Under the pieces are notes generated by a model. That model saw nothing but the letters and a program-made list of their open reading frames with translations, made no database searches and was not told the origin of the DNA. From Calditrichia bacterium (GTDB taxonomy: Bacteria; Calditrichota; Calditrichia; RBG-13-44-9; J075), in NCBI GenBank assembly GCA_050633245.1, contig JBOEGD010000012.1, positions 32,001 through 96,000 of the forward strand: a stretch of 64,000 nucleotides of DNA. Direction: 5' to 3'. The translations under genes and the position numbers were made by a program. Positions 49,865-59,878 of this stretch are shown piece by piece (position 1 is the stretch's first letter; each line of letters opens with the position of its first letter).

Positions 49865-50977
49865 ATGCAAAATATTGAAATCAAATATCGCGTAGACAAT
49901 ATGGCCGCGCTGAAAGATGCCGTACAGTCTCACCCTGAAGTCGAATTCAGTTATTCCCATCAACAAGAAGACACGTATTTCTTCACCGAAAGCGGCAGGT
50001 TAAAGATTCGTGTGGAAGACGAGAAACAGCCTCACCTGATTACCTACAACCGTTCTGACGAGGCGAAAGGACGCATAAGCACCTACGAACTAGACTTGCT
50101 TCCCGATGTCGACGCTACACGTAATGAACTCGCCAATACGTTCGGCATCAAGGCTGTCGTGCGAAAGCAACGCACGTTATTTCTCTTTCGCAATGTGCGT
50201 ATTCATCTTGATGAAGTGCAAGGTTTAGGCAATTACATGGAGTTGGAGTCTGTAATATCAGATGAGTTCCCGGCGAAGGTTGCCCAGCAAAACTTCGACG
50301 ACATCCTGACAATTGTCGACCCACTATGTGCCGAGGCCGAGGCAACAGGCTATCTGGAGCTGACGCTGAACGCTCAGCCACAAAAGCTAAAAGTAGTTCT
50401 GGCAACGCGAAACGAGCACAAGCTTGAAGAGATGGCAGCGATTTTAGGTGATCGCTACGAGCTACTTTCCACAGACAGCTTTCCGGGCATCGAAGAGATA
50501 GAAGAAACAGAATTAACCTTCGGGGGTAATGCCCTCTTAAAAGCACGTGCCGTTTTTGCTCACAGTAAACTCCCGACACTGGCGGATGATTCCGGACTGG
50601 AAGTCGATGCACTGGATAAAGCGCCCGGTATTTATTCGGCACGCTATGCCGGTGAGGCCGGCAATCATGCTGCGAACAATAAGAAACTGCTGGCCGCACT
50701 ATCCAACGTGCCGAACGAAAAACGCAGCGCCCGCTTTCGTTGTGCCATCGCACTGGTTACAGATTCCGGAGAACAAGTCGTTGAAGGTGCCATTGAAGGG
50801 CGCATTCTGCAACAGCTGACGGGTAGTGATGGCTTTGGATACGACCCGCTTTTTCTACCGAACGGCTATCAGCAAACTTTCGCTGAAATGCCCGAAGAGC
50901 TTAAGAATTCGATCAGCCATCGCGCACTGGCGCTAAAAAAGATGCAGCAAACGTTAGACAAAACCATCGCCGAATAA
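49865..50977 (+). CDS. rdgB: Fusion: CYTH (class IV adenylate cyclase/triphosphatase) + RdgB/HAM1 non-canonical purine NTP pyrophosphatase
   Basis: N-terminal NIEIK, QEDTYF, RLKIR, IHLDEVQGLGNYMELE; C-terminal ATRNEHK, ADDSGLEVDAL..APGIYSARY, GFGYDPLF, KNSISHR. Confidence 0.88.
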   Translation: MQNIEIKYRVDNMAALKDAVQSHPEVEFSYSHQQEDTYFFTESGRLKIRVEDEKQPHLITYNRSDEAKGRISTYELDLLPDVDATRNELANTFGIKAVVRKQRTLFLFRNVRIHLDEVQGLGNYMELESVISDEFPAKVAQQNFDDILTIVDPLCAEAEATGYLELTLNAQPQKLKVVLATRNEHKLEEMAAILGDRYELLSTDSFPGIEEIEETELTFGGNALLKARAVFAHSKLPTLADDSGLEVDALDKAPGIYSARYAGEAGNHAANNKKLLAALSNVPNEKRSARFRCAIALVTDSGEQVVEGAIEGRILQQLTGSDGFGYDPLFLPNGYQQTFAEMPEELKNSISHRALALKKMQQTLDKTIAE

Positions 50978-50996
50978 AAAACCTACGGAGCAAACC

Positions 50997-52166
50997 ATGC
51001 CGTCTTTTCCGAAGTTCACTCCTCGTCCAGATATGATCAGCGGGTCCGTTTTTGAAGCCTTTCTGCCGAAGATGCAGGAAAAAGGAGACGATCTGGTGCG
51101 TCTGCACCTCGGCGATTCGTTTATCTCGCCGTCTTATCCCCTACCGCTACAAGAGGAATTCAGCAAATCTTTTCCCGGATTTAACCGCTATTGCAATACC
51201 TTTGGCATCGCGCCATTGCGCAAGGCACTGGCGGACAAGCTAAACAAGACGAACAATCTTCCGGTGACTTCGGAAAACATCATGGTGTCTTCCGGCGGCT
51301 CGAATGGACTCAGCGCAATTACGCAGGCAATTCTTCAGGAAGGCGATGAAATTCTTATTCCCACCCCATACTGGCCCTTCTTTCGCGGCATGGTCGACCT
51401 GAGCGGTGCATCGAAAAAAGAGATCCCCTTCTACACCCGCTTATATGAAGAACCGAATCTCAATATTTTCGAACTCCTAGAATCCCATCTTTCCGAGCGA
51501 ACAACGGCCATTTATCTGAATAGTCCGAACAATCCCAGTGGATTCGTATTGTCCGCAGAGCAACTTCAGGTCATTGCAAACTTTGCCATCAAGCATAATC
51601 TCTGGGTGATTTCTGATGAAGCGTATGATGGCATGACTTATGGCAAGCCTCATCATTCAATTGCCGCGTTTCCCGGCATGTTCGAACGCACCTTCAGCGT
51701 CTACACCTTCTCGAAGCTTTACATGTTTGCCGGAATTCGTCTTGGCTATGTTGCCGCCGAGGCACATAATCTGAAGCAAATCAACAAGATCCTTGTCCAC
51801 CAAATTTACGGTGCCAATACGCCGGGACAACAAATGCTGCTGGAACCACTCCGCACACAAGAACAATGGAGCCGCACATTCGTGCAACATTGCGAGACCG
51901 TGCGTGATCGCATGCATCAATCGCTACAACCCGAGCATCATATTCCCGACGGTGCGTATTACTTTTTCTTTTCGATTGAGCCGTATTTAAATGGACGTGC
52001 TTATATGGACGTCATCCACGAGTTAATGGATGCCGGTGTTTCCGTGGCATTGGGGAAAGACTTTGGGCAGGATTATGAACACTATATTCGAGTGTGCTAC
52101 GCCGCCGAGAACTCAGATCGCATTGAACTGGCCACCCGGCGACTGAACACCGTCTTATGCGGTTGA
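50997..52166 (+). CDS. PLP-dependent aminotransferase class I/II
   Basis: NSPNNPSG, SDEAY, TFSK...GIRLGY. Confidence 0.9.
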   Translation: MPSFPKFTPRPDMISGSVFEAFLPKMQEKGDDLVRLHLGDSFISPSYPLPLQEEFSKSFPGFNRYCNTFGIAPLRKALADKLNKTNNLPVTSENIMVSSGGSNGLSAITQAILQEGDEILIPTPYWPFFRGMVDLSGASKKEIPFYTRLYEEPNLNIFELLESHLSERTTAIYLNSPNNPSGFVLSAEQLQVIANFAIKHNLWVISDEAYDGMTYGKPHHSIAAFPGMFERTFSVYTFSKLYMFAGIRLGYVAAEAHNLKQINKILVHQIYGANTPGQQMLLEPLRTQEQWSRTFVQHCETVRDRMHQSLQPEHHIPDGAYYFFFSIEPYLNGRAYMDVIHELMDAGVSVALGKDFGQDYEHYIRVCYAAENSDRIELATRRLNTVLCG

Positions 52167-53105
52167 TGGCGCTTCCGGGTCGGCTCCGGTCGCATAAAAA
52201 TCGTCAATTTTCACCTCATCAATATAAGGACCAGCCGGAGTTGTATCGCCTCCCAGCCTCTCATACATGGACGTTTCTCCACCGTAAAGCGCCAGACGGA
52301 AAATCATTCTCACCAGCATAAACAGCTGATGCAACACGAATAGCAGCAGTATGATAAAAGCGCTGGGTGCAGAAAGAGCATCTGCTATCGGGGCATAACC
52401 TAATACCAACAGGATACTCAATAAATAGAATGCAAATCCCAGTGTTATGGTGCGGCGAATGTTGGATAGAACGAACCCGGTCCCCCGACGTAAGGCCTTC
52501 CAAGCGGATCGTTCATCGGTAAAGACGGTGTAGATTCTCGAATAGTCAAAAATAACAAAGGCAATGATTAGAATAAATCCACGCCAGAAAACCCGAAAGC
52601 CGGACAGCCAGTACTCCACTGAACCGGGAACATCATCTCCGTAAAAAATCTTCGGCAGATAAGCCCAAATAGCGTCTGACAAGAGCAAAAGCCCAGCCAC
52701 CGGAATAAACAGAAGTCCAAGCCGGAAGAACCGACCAAAAAACTTGCCACAACCTCCCCAAAACGTATCCCGGCTATAGGCTGCGTTTGATGAAAAGACC
52801 GCAAAAGCTCCACCGGAGAGGAAGAGGTTTACGATCCAATAAACAAGTGCCACAACAGCCAGCATCACAATAATAATAGAGAACATGGACTGATTGCTCT
52901 TAAAGAACTCGTGAACCAACGGGAAATCGAGTCCGTTGGACAAATTTCTGACCGCTCCGCTATCTCCCAAAAAGCTACCGAGTCCGATACGCATGGGCAA
53001 CATCAACAAAAAGGCAAAAAGCAGATTGGCCAAATAGAAAGTCACCAGAATTCGTTTGTTTGCCAGTACCTTGGCGAGACCGGCTTTTAAGCTCGAGAAT
53101 ACCAT
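52155..53105 (-). CDS. Multi-pass membrane protein
   Basis: About 6 hydrophobic helices; co-oriented with the M1 peptidase. Confidence 0.7.
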   Translation of the reverse strand: MVFSSLKAGLAKVLANKRILVTFYLANLLFAFLLMLPMRIGLGSFLGDSGAVRNLSNGLDFPLVHEFFKSNQSMFSIIIVMLAVVALVYWIVNLFLSGGAFAVFSSNAAYSRDTFWGGCGKFFGRFFRLGLLFIPVAGLLLLSDAIWAYLPKIFYGDDVPGSVEYWLSGFRVFWRGFILIIAFVIFDYSRIYTVFTDERSAWKALRRGTGFVLSNIRRTITLGFAFYLLSILLVLGYAPIADALSAPSAFIILLLFVLHQLFMLVRMIFRLALYGGETSMYERLGGDTTPAGPYIDEVKIDDFYATGADPEAPSTA

Positions 53106-53120
53106 TTTTATGTCCTATAA

Positions 53121-53183
53121 AGTTCAAGGTTCAAGGTTCAGAGTTCAAGGTTCTTAGGCGTCTTTGAACTCAGAACTTTGAAC
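53121..53183. repeat. Heptamer repeats (GTTCAAG)n facing inverted (TTGAAC)n copies
   Basis: AGTTCAAGGTTCAAGGTTCAGAGTTCAAGGTTC...TTTGAACTCAGAACTTTGAAC in the intergenic gap. Confidence 0.65.
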
Positions 53184-53188
53184 GGTGT

Positions 53189-55273
53189 TTACAGAAGAAA
53201 GAACGACGGCCAGTTAATCATCTCCGGTTGGTCCAAAATGAACTGCATCCAGAATAAAAATCGCGCCGACGTTTTATTCAGTCCCAACTTCGGAGGCGAA
53301 ACCATCTTGCTGTTATTCGCATAATTCGTGTCAAGCGTAAGCACATGATCCGGATCTACAGCCGCCTCAACCAGTTTAGCTTCTTTGAGGTATTTGAATT
53401 TCTTCCAGCGCGATTTGCCATCCCATTGTTCACGCAGCGTTTCACCATCAGAGAACGTCACTTCAACCTCAACCGGATGCGTAAAATCGCCCAGACGTCT
53501 CACCCGAACTTCTGAAAAGTGCAGTTTCTTCGTCAACGAGTCGGGTTCAAAAGGCGTCTCCAGCGAATCCAGCGTGCTGTCGATATCGGATAAGCTCTCG
53601 TCAAAGTCGAAGCCTTTTGGAGCCTTATACTTTTTTGTTCTGACATAGCTAATAGAGTAGTCTACTGTTTTTTCGCTAAAGAGAGCCTGTTGGAAAAAGC
53701 TGTCCAGATTTTTACCAGAGACCTCATTTGCAATATCCATAAAGTCCTGGGTGGTCGGATGTTTAAATCGCCAGCGCGTAACATAGGTGTTGATAATCTT
53801 GCGCATGGTCTCTTTGCCAACGATGTTGCGAAGTGTTGAAAGCAGCGTTCCCGAACGTGAATAGCTGGAAATACCGTAGCTCGCATTTGAATAATACTCC
53901 CACGCATTTTGTACAACGGGGTCGGCATCGGGAAAAATTCGGTAGATCATACGATGCATGTCTTCAGTATTCAGCTTGATGCCGAAAACATCGAGCATAT
54001 CGCCAGTCGGGCCATATTCAGCGTTCATTACCTCAATTTCGGTGAAGGTGTTTATTCCTTCATCCAGCCAAGCTTCTTCAAATTCATTTGAAGCCAACAG
54101 GTGATACCAGAAGTTATGACCAAATTCATGGATAATCACGTGCTCCAAAGAGCGAAACCCTTCCATCAAACCGTAGCTGGTTCCGGCAGTGATAAGCGTA
54201 GGGTATTCCATACCGCCGGTGGCTTCTGCACCGCGTCGCGGATCGATTACAGTTAAGTTGGGAAATGGATAATCTCCATACCAATCCTGAAAATAGCGAA
54301 CGGCCACTTTGGCGGCTTCTACATGACGCGGCCCCTGGGCGACGTGATCTTTCTGAACCAGTGCGCGAATATCAACATCCTGCTCACGGCCACGAAACTC
54401 CACATAATCCGAGCTTGCAGTCCAGGCAAAGTCATGCACATCCTCAGCGTGATAATAATGTGTTGCCGTCCCATCGTCATTTTGGTTAACTTCGACTTCC
54501 AGTCCGGTAGAACCAACAATGCGATCATCCGGCAGCGTAATCCAAACGTTGTAGACGCCGTAGTCGGCAAAGAATTCAGAATTCAAGTGAAATTGATGAC
54601 TATTCCATCCTTCATCAGTGAATTTGGCGACTTTGGGAAACCACTGTCCAGCAAACACATAATCTTTCATTGCACCGGTTCGCGCGACGGCCGGCTCCGG
54701 TAGAAGAGCTGTAAAGTCTACGAACAACGTTACAGTTTCTCCCGGCTCAACAGCTTCGGGAAGCGGCAGACGGAAATAACTCTTATCATATTCATCCGGG
54801 GTATCTGGCTGCATAAACTCCATACCAGCAGTAATATCGATCCCCGGCACGCGGCGCGGTTCTTCCTTACGCTGGATATTTAAATAGCGTTTTGCGTCAG
54901 CCGTCGATTCTTTAGGAAGCATGACAATCTGTTTGATTTCACTAAATCCCCAGCCATCTTCTTCACCCATCTTGCTATTACGGTGAACACCACCGGATTC
55001 CAGCATGAATGTCGAACGGTTATTTCGGAAGCCATTCATATAAAGGTGAAAACGCATTTCGGAAACAGGTTCATCAGATGCATTCTTCCAATGAATGAGC
55101 TGTCGACCTCGTAGTGAGTGTGTTTCCACATCTAAATCGACACGAATATCGTAATTTGCTATGCGTGGACTTAGCGGTGTTTCAAAAAGAGTTGGTTGCG
55201 CAAAAGAGAGGCTGCTGCAAAGAAAAAAGGCAACGCCAAGCCAGCGTAGATAAAGAACGTGATTTTCAAACAT
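53189..55273 (-). CDS. M1-family zinc aminopeptidase, exported
   Basis: QWFPKV, AEDVHDFAW, GGMEYP, HEFGH...WLDEG, HPTTQDF. Confidence 0.92.
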   Translation of the reverse strand: MFENHVLYLRWLGVAFFLCSSLSFAQPTLFETPLSPRIANYDIRVDLDVETHSLRGRQLIHWKNASDEPVSEMRFHLYMNGFRNNRSTFMLESGGVHRNSKMGEEDGWGFSEIKQIVMLPKESTADAKRYLNIQRKEEPRRVPGIDITAGMEFMQPDTPDEYDKSYFRLPLPEAVEPGETVTLFVDFTALLPEPAVARTGAMKDYVFAGQWFPKVAKFTDEGWNSHQFHLNSEFFADYGVYNVWITLPDDRIVGSTGLEVEVNQNDDGTATHYYHAEDVHDFAWTASSDYVEFRGREQDVDIRALVQKDHVAQGPRHVEAAKVAVRYFQDWYGDYPFPNLTVIDPRRGAEATGGMEYPTLITAGTSYGLMEGFRSLEHVIIHEFGHNFWYHLLASNEFEEAWLDEGINTFTEIEVMNAEYGPTGDMLDVFGIKLNTEDMHRMIYRIFPDADPVVQNAWEYYSNASYGISSYSRSGTLLSTLRNIVGKETMRKIINTYVTRWRFKHPTTQDFMDIANEVSGKNLDSFFQQALFSEKTVDYSISYVRTKKYKAPKGFDFDESLSDIDSTLDSLETPFEPDSLTKKLHFSEVRVRRLGDFTHPVEVEVTFSDGETLREQWDGKSRWKKFKYLKEAKLVEAAVDPDHVLTLDTNYANNSKMVSPPKLGLNKTSARFLFWMQFILDQPEMINWPSFFLL

Positions 55274-55517
55274 GAAATTGCTCCGAAATAAGCATGGAGG
55301 ATGATTATAGCGATAACCTGTTGTAGCAGATTGAAAAATGTATCAAAGCCGGAGCAAAAAGTCAAGTTATGCCATTGAGCGTAGTTAGAGAGACCTTTGC
55401 TAACATCCTTCTTTATATTGAACATTTGGCATAAAGTACGTATCTTATTCCCTAACTGAATGTGCGGGCTGAGAAAAAACACCCGCTTGCCACCACCGCA
55501 TCAAGACAGGCAACTTC

Positions 55518-56171
55518 ATGACTCCTGCTCAAGAGCAAATGCCCCTTGTTGATTTGTTAAAACTATGCTGCGACAGAAGCTCACCAAAACACGGTGAAGC
55601 CTGGCTTGAGTTTATGGAGCGCTATCGCCCGGTAATGGAAAACGCCATTTTAAAGCGCTGTAGATCCTGGGACGCACGTCAGCGACTTCCGCTTCAGCTT
55701 AAAGATGTGGCAAACGACATTCTCGGACGCGTTTTAGAACAACTGGTCGATCGCGATTTTAAAACATTGAGCACCTTTCGAAACCCGGACAGTCAGGCTA
55801 TGTTTTGTGCCTATCTCATACAAATCTCCAGAAATGCCGCTTCGGCCTATTTAAAGAAATGGAAATTCGATCGTATGACCGGAGAAGATCCGATAGATTG
55901 GCAGTCAGACAAACATGCTCAGGATGACAGCTTAGCATGGGAAATTTATGAATCACGCGTCTCTGAACTACGCGACACACGCAAGCGGCGCAGGCCGGGT
56001 AACCTCGAGCGCGATATCCATATTTTTCTGCTCTACCGATGGTCTGATTTCGACCAGAGTATGATTCTCTCTCATCCCTATCTGCGAAACATTGGTCATC
56101 GCGTTGTCGACCTCGTTGCAAATCGCATGGGCGAAAAAATTAAGCAGGGATACCAAACGCCTGATGCTTAG
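55518..56171 (+). CDS. Divergent ECF-type sigma factor-like protein
   Basis: Region-2-like AWLEFMERYRP...DVANDI...LVDRDFKTLSTF...FCAYL.QISRNA; atypical region 4 (ERDIHIFLLYRW). Confidence 0.7.
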   Translation: MTPAQEQMPLVDLLKLCCDRSSPKHGEAWLEFMERYRPVMENAILKRCRSWDARQRLPLQLKDVANDILGRVLEQLVDRDFKTLSTFRNPDSQAMFCAYLIQISRNAASAYLKKWKFDRMTGEDPIDWQSDKHAQDDSLAWEIYESRVSELRDTRKRRRPGNLERDIHIFLLYRWSDFDQSMILSHPYLRNIGHRVVDLVANRMGEKIKQGYQTPDA

Positions 56172-56183
56172 GACAGATATAGA

Positions 56184-56588
56184 ATGAATGTTTCACCGCT
56201 GCAAACAGGAATGCTTCTTGCACTTTTAGAGCTGCAACGCAATGGCAAAGTCATTTCAGTAGACTTGTCAGATGCAGAGCAGGCCGTACTGCACAATCTT
56301 GAAGAAGGTTTTGCGTTTCTTGCTGATCAATCCGATACGGTCAGCTTAAAGTCACTGCTAGACGGCATCACCTGTAGCGAAGTTCCCTGCCTTCGTCGCA
56401 AAAGTGAGTTATTGGCAATGATGTTTTTGATCGACTCGAGCACTGACGGTGAGGCAACAGAGCAAAATCGACAAGATTTTTTTCGCATGATGAATTCGTG
56501 CTATACTTGTTTTCAGGAATTCAGCGATATTATGCGCGGTTATTATCAGATAATCGATGCGCATGCCGAACAACAAAACGCAAAATAA
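56184..56588 (+). CDS. Small soluble protein with degenerate zinc-finger anti-sigma-like motif
   Basis: LKSLLDG...FFRMMNSCYTCFQEF (CxxC); directly downstream of the sigma gene. Confidence 0.45.
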   Translation: MNVSPLQTGMLLALLELQRNGKVISVDLSDAEQAVLHNLEEGFAFLADQSDTVSLKSLLDGITCSEVPCLRRKSELLAMMFLIDSSTDGEATEQNRQDFFRMMNSCYTCFQEFSDIMRGYYQIIDAHAEQQNAK

Positions 56589-56677
56589 CTTTTTTGAGAG
56601 ATTTTTAGCGCATTCTTCATCTTTATATACGAACAGCTCAAAAACTGGCATGGGATCCCCACTGCCGGAAAGATTGA

Positions 56678-57880
56678 ATGAATGCGAAAGAGAAGAAAAT
56701 GGACTCACTTTTTAAGCTCAGTCATAGCGAATTAGCAGATTATATTCGCAGCACCGCCAGTGCACCTTTATTAAAGCGTGTAGAAAACCTGCGCGGCGAA
56801 GATGCAAGTTATCGTCTATTATTCGACATGATAGATAACGTGCGCTATGGCGCCGGTATTCCGTCAGCGCCTCGGACAGAGCAAAGACCCATCCCTTTGG
56901 AACCCATTAACATAGACCACAACACACTGGAAGGCTTGCTAAGCGGCAACGCCACGGTGGCTGACGGACGAAGTTTTCTAAGTCAGTTGATGTCTTCCCG
57001 CCGCTACTACCAGCAGTTTTTTCTGCACCTGTTGGAAATGGACCCACAGCGTCAATCAGAGATCATCAGCGATCTCGGTGAAGTTGTGCAGGTGCGAAGC
57101 AATCGCGAACTGGTAGAAGACATTATTGGCATTGTTCCTAAAACCATGAAGTCGCCCGGTGGCTTTACGCTACCAGATTTCCTTAACAACTTTGGCTGGC
57201 GTTTCGCTACGGCAATCCCTGCATTACTGGTTTTGCTGCTGGTCGGTAATGCGTTTATGGCAGGCCCGCTCGGTAAATTTGATGTTCGGGAGAATGCTCC
57301 AAATGGCTATCAGCACAATCTGGTTAATGCGACGCGCGGGGCAACACAGTCGCATTTCGATGTCAACAACCTGCTGCGTCAGGTTCAATCTCTCAATGGC
57401 CTTCTGGTAACCAGCTCAAGCGATTATGATACCAGTGAGTACGATGAAGCAATAGCAATGCTTAGCAAGGGCAAAGGTATCGCCCAGAAACTTCGCAGGG
57501 AATCGATTGCAGCAATGGAAGACAGCCTATCTCACCAACCGGATTCCAACCTGGCAAATCTATTAATGGAAGCGCGTAAGGTAACGCAAGACTATCACTT
57601 CTATCTCGGAATATATCATCTGGTTCGCAATAAGCCCGGCGATGCGCAAAAAGCCGTCGTGCTGTTAACCGATGCAAAACTTCTCGCCGAAGGCTATGCA
57701 CTTGACACAGCCCATAGAGAGAGCTATTATTTAGGATTGGCAAATGCATTCGCCGACGATAAAGCAACCGCTCTAAAACTGCTGCGCGCGATACCGGAGA
57801 ACTCACCCTATTCTGTACGTGCCAACACCGCTATCGAAAGACTTGGACTCAACTTTTTTGAGCGCATGATAGACTGGTAA
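56678..57880 (+). CDS. Single-pass membrane anti-sigma-like protein with external TPR-like domain
   Basis: IDHNTLEGLLSG...FLSQLMSS; TM AIPALLVLLLVG; ATRG; YHFYLGIYHL and ESYYLGLA TPR-like helices. Confidence 0.55.
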   Translation: MNAKEKKMDSLFKLSHSELADYIRSTASAPLLKRVENLRGEDASYRLLFDMIDNVRYGAGIPSAPRTEQRPIPLEPINIDHNTLEGLLSGNATVADGRSFLSQLMSSRRYYQQFFLHLLEMDPQRQSEIISDLGEVVQVRSNRELVEDIIGIVPKTMKSPGGFTLPDFLNNFGWRFATAIPALLVLLLVGNAFMAGPLGKFDVRENAPNGYQHNLVNATRGATQSHFDVNNLLRQVQSLNGLLVTSSSDYDTSEYDEAIAMLSKGKGIAQKLRRESIAAMEDSLSHQPDSNLANLLMEARKVTQDYHFYLGIYHLVRNKPGDAQKAVVLLTDAKLLAEGYALDTAHRESYYLGLANAFADDKATALKLLRAIPENSPYSVRANTAIERLGLNFFERMIDW

Positions 57881-57914
57881 GCGCGTGGACAGAATTGTTT
57901 TGCATTTTGGTTTT

Positions 57915-57980
57915 GTCACCTCGAGCGCAGTCGAGAGGCTGGTAAGCTCTCAATAGGGCTTCGACTCCGCTAAGCCTGAC
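57915..57980. repeat. REP-like palindromic element
   Basis: GTCACCTCGAGCGCAGTCGAGAG...CTTCGACTCCGCTAAGCCTGAC, resembling the GTCA..GAGCG.AGTCGAAG intergenic repeats of FCB genomes. Confidence 0.55.
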
Positions 57981-58093
57981 CAAATTAGTCGCAAGGTACT
58001 GTCAAATAATACTGTCTTAGCGCTTAAACAAAACAGCTTTAAACTATACATATTCCAACTCAATGCTTTCGCCTGCATCTGGAGGGAAATCGT

Positions 58094-59878
58094 ATGCACA
58101 TTTCCAAAACGGGTCGTCACTTACCCATCCGCCCGGAATTGTTGAGCGTCGTCTGTGGTATTCTATGGGCTGCAGCTCTACTTCTGCTCAGCACGTCCAC
58201 AATGCTGACTGCACCCGGTAATTCTACCTTACTGTTTGATTTTGTTCAATCCGCGCTTCCCGGATATTCCCTAACCGCTATTGGCATTCTTATTGGCGTT
58301 TTTTGGGCCTTTGCCGCAGGATATATTTTTGGCTTTCTGATCGGTTTTGTCTACAAAATGCTCATGCGCCGCAAATTGCGCAATGTCAGCTCATCATTGT
58401 TAAAAATCAATCCGTCTGAGCAACCCTTTGTTATTCAGGAAGGCATCGGAGAGAAACCGTATACCATTGCCTTTGTTGCAAATCCATTCCTGCTTGTTCC
58501 GCAAGAAGACGGAACGAATGCCGTTCAGATTGATCCAATCATGGCTAAAAAGGAACTATTCCATCAGGTTGTGGTGCGCTGTTTACGCAGCTTCGCAAAC
58601 AACGGGCTACTGCGTCAGCCGGAAATTTTTAATCGCCTGAGGCTGGTTATCTATTTCGATCCAAATATCGAGCTGGATATTTTGCGCAATCGCCCCGTTA
58701 CATTAAACGCTGATGAAGCATTATGTATCGGATACGATCCGTCAATTATTGGCCCGATTATAGATACCGAGAAAATCTACTCGTATGTAAAAGAAAGAAT
58801 TACCTCATACTGCGACGTTGTTTATATGATTTCAGCAAGCGATATCTATACGCGTTCATCTGCACGTTTTACTCAGGAAGAGACTATGTCTGAGGGTGTA
58901 AATTACAATTTTACATTTACCCCGGACACTTCAGTTTTCGAAACGCGGCGGCATGCCTGGTGTGCAAAAGTTCCCGGTGTTGTGGCATTATCTGCCTGGG
59001 ACGATCGTTTAAAAACACCAGTTCATGAATTTGCACATGCAATGTCTTCCGTAGAAAACGGCGCAATTGACGATGAATATATCGATGATACTTTTGCCAG
59101 TCTTACCCACCGCATCAACAAGCAATATCGCGTAGGTTATATCTTAAATGATGCTGCAATTGAGCAGTTGAGAAAACATGCTCCGGCCATTGTTGGTACG
59201 TTAATGCCCTTAAAGGATCGTCCATTCGCTGATAGAATAGCGTTTCTGGATAAGCTTAAAGTCGTGCTATCAGAGGAAGAACTCAATCAGTATTTAGATG
59301 TCATCCTGGAGTATGCCTTCTTTCGTCCGGTATTTTTCCTTACCGAAACGTCTATCGCCAAAATTGTAAACGCTATTGATGTTGAAAGCGATAAAGACAA
59401 AGTACGCGCAGCCACCGTGCGCATGAAAGGCAAGCGCTTCTATTCACGTAGCTTGTTCTATCGCGAATTCGCCAAAGAAATTAGCAATCGGAATCTGTTT
59501 ATGCGTTATCGCTCGCTTGTAGCACGCTTTTCGCACTTTCAGAATTATCCGGTGCCGCATGTTTTTGCACATTACAAATTGGCCGGCAGCGAGATGAAGA
59601 CGTATTATTCAGATCGCAATCGCAGCGATAAAGAAATGTCATGGCGATCGTTTTCACCAGAGCGGAGCTCCACGCGGCTTTCCTGTATTATGGACATTGC
59701 TGTATACGGCTATCGTTTCGATAAATTGCTGTTCGATTGGATGTACGACCGCCTCTATGTGAAAATGAATCGACCGGCAACAGCCTGCAGCCATCCGGCA
59801 CCTCCCGGAAACGCGGCCGAAGATCGTACCCATACCAATATTCAGATCAATCTGCTAAATGAGGAGAATCGTTCATGA
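58094..59878 (+). CDS. Membrane-anchored zinc metallopeptidase-like protein
   Basis: Two N-terminal TMs; VHEFAHAM...DDEY (M64-like HExxH-to-DEY spacing); C-terminal SCIMD (Met-turn-like). Confidence 0.7.
   Translation: MHISKTGRHLPIRPELLSVVCGILWAAALLLLSTSTMLTAPGNSTLLFDFVQSALPGYSLTAIGILIGVFWAFAAGYIFGFLIGFVYKMLMRRKLRNVSSSLLKINPSEQPFVIQEGIGEKPYTIAFVANPFLLVPQEDGTNAVQIDPIMAKKELFHQVVVRCLRSFANNGLLRQPEIFNRLRLVIYFDPNIELDILRNRPVTLNADEALCIGYDPSIIGPIIDTEKIYSYVKERITSYCDVVYMISASDIYTRSSARFTQEETMSEGVNYNFTFTPDTSVFETRRHAWCAKVPGVVALSAWDDRLKTPVHEFAHAMSSVENGAIDDEYIDDTFASLTHRINKQYRVGYILNDAAIEQLRKHAPAIVGTLMPLKDRPFADRIAFLDKLKVVLSEEELNQYLDVILEYAFFRPVFFLTETSIAKIVNAIDVESDKDKVRAATVRMKGKRFYSRSLFYREFAKEISNRNLFMRYRSLVARFSHFQNYPVPHVFAHYKLAGSEMKTYYSDRNRSDKEMSWRSFSPERSSTRLSCIMDIAVYGYRFDKLLFDWMYDRLYVKMNRPATACSHPAPPGNAAEDRTHTNIQINLLNEENRS

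Noticed and set aside
19574-50753. Long antisense ORFs such as 19574..20167, 50148..50753 and others in the track
   Set aside because: They lie fully opposite well-supported genes and have no motifs of their own.
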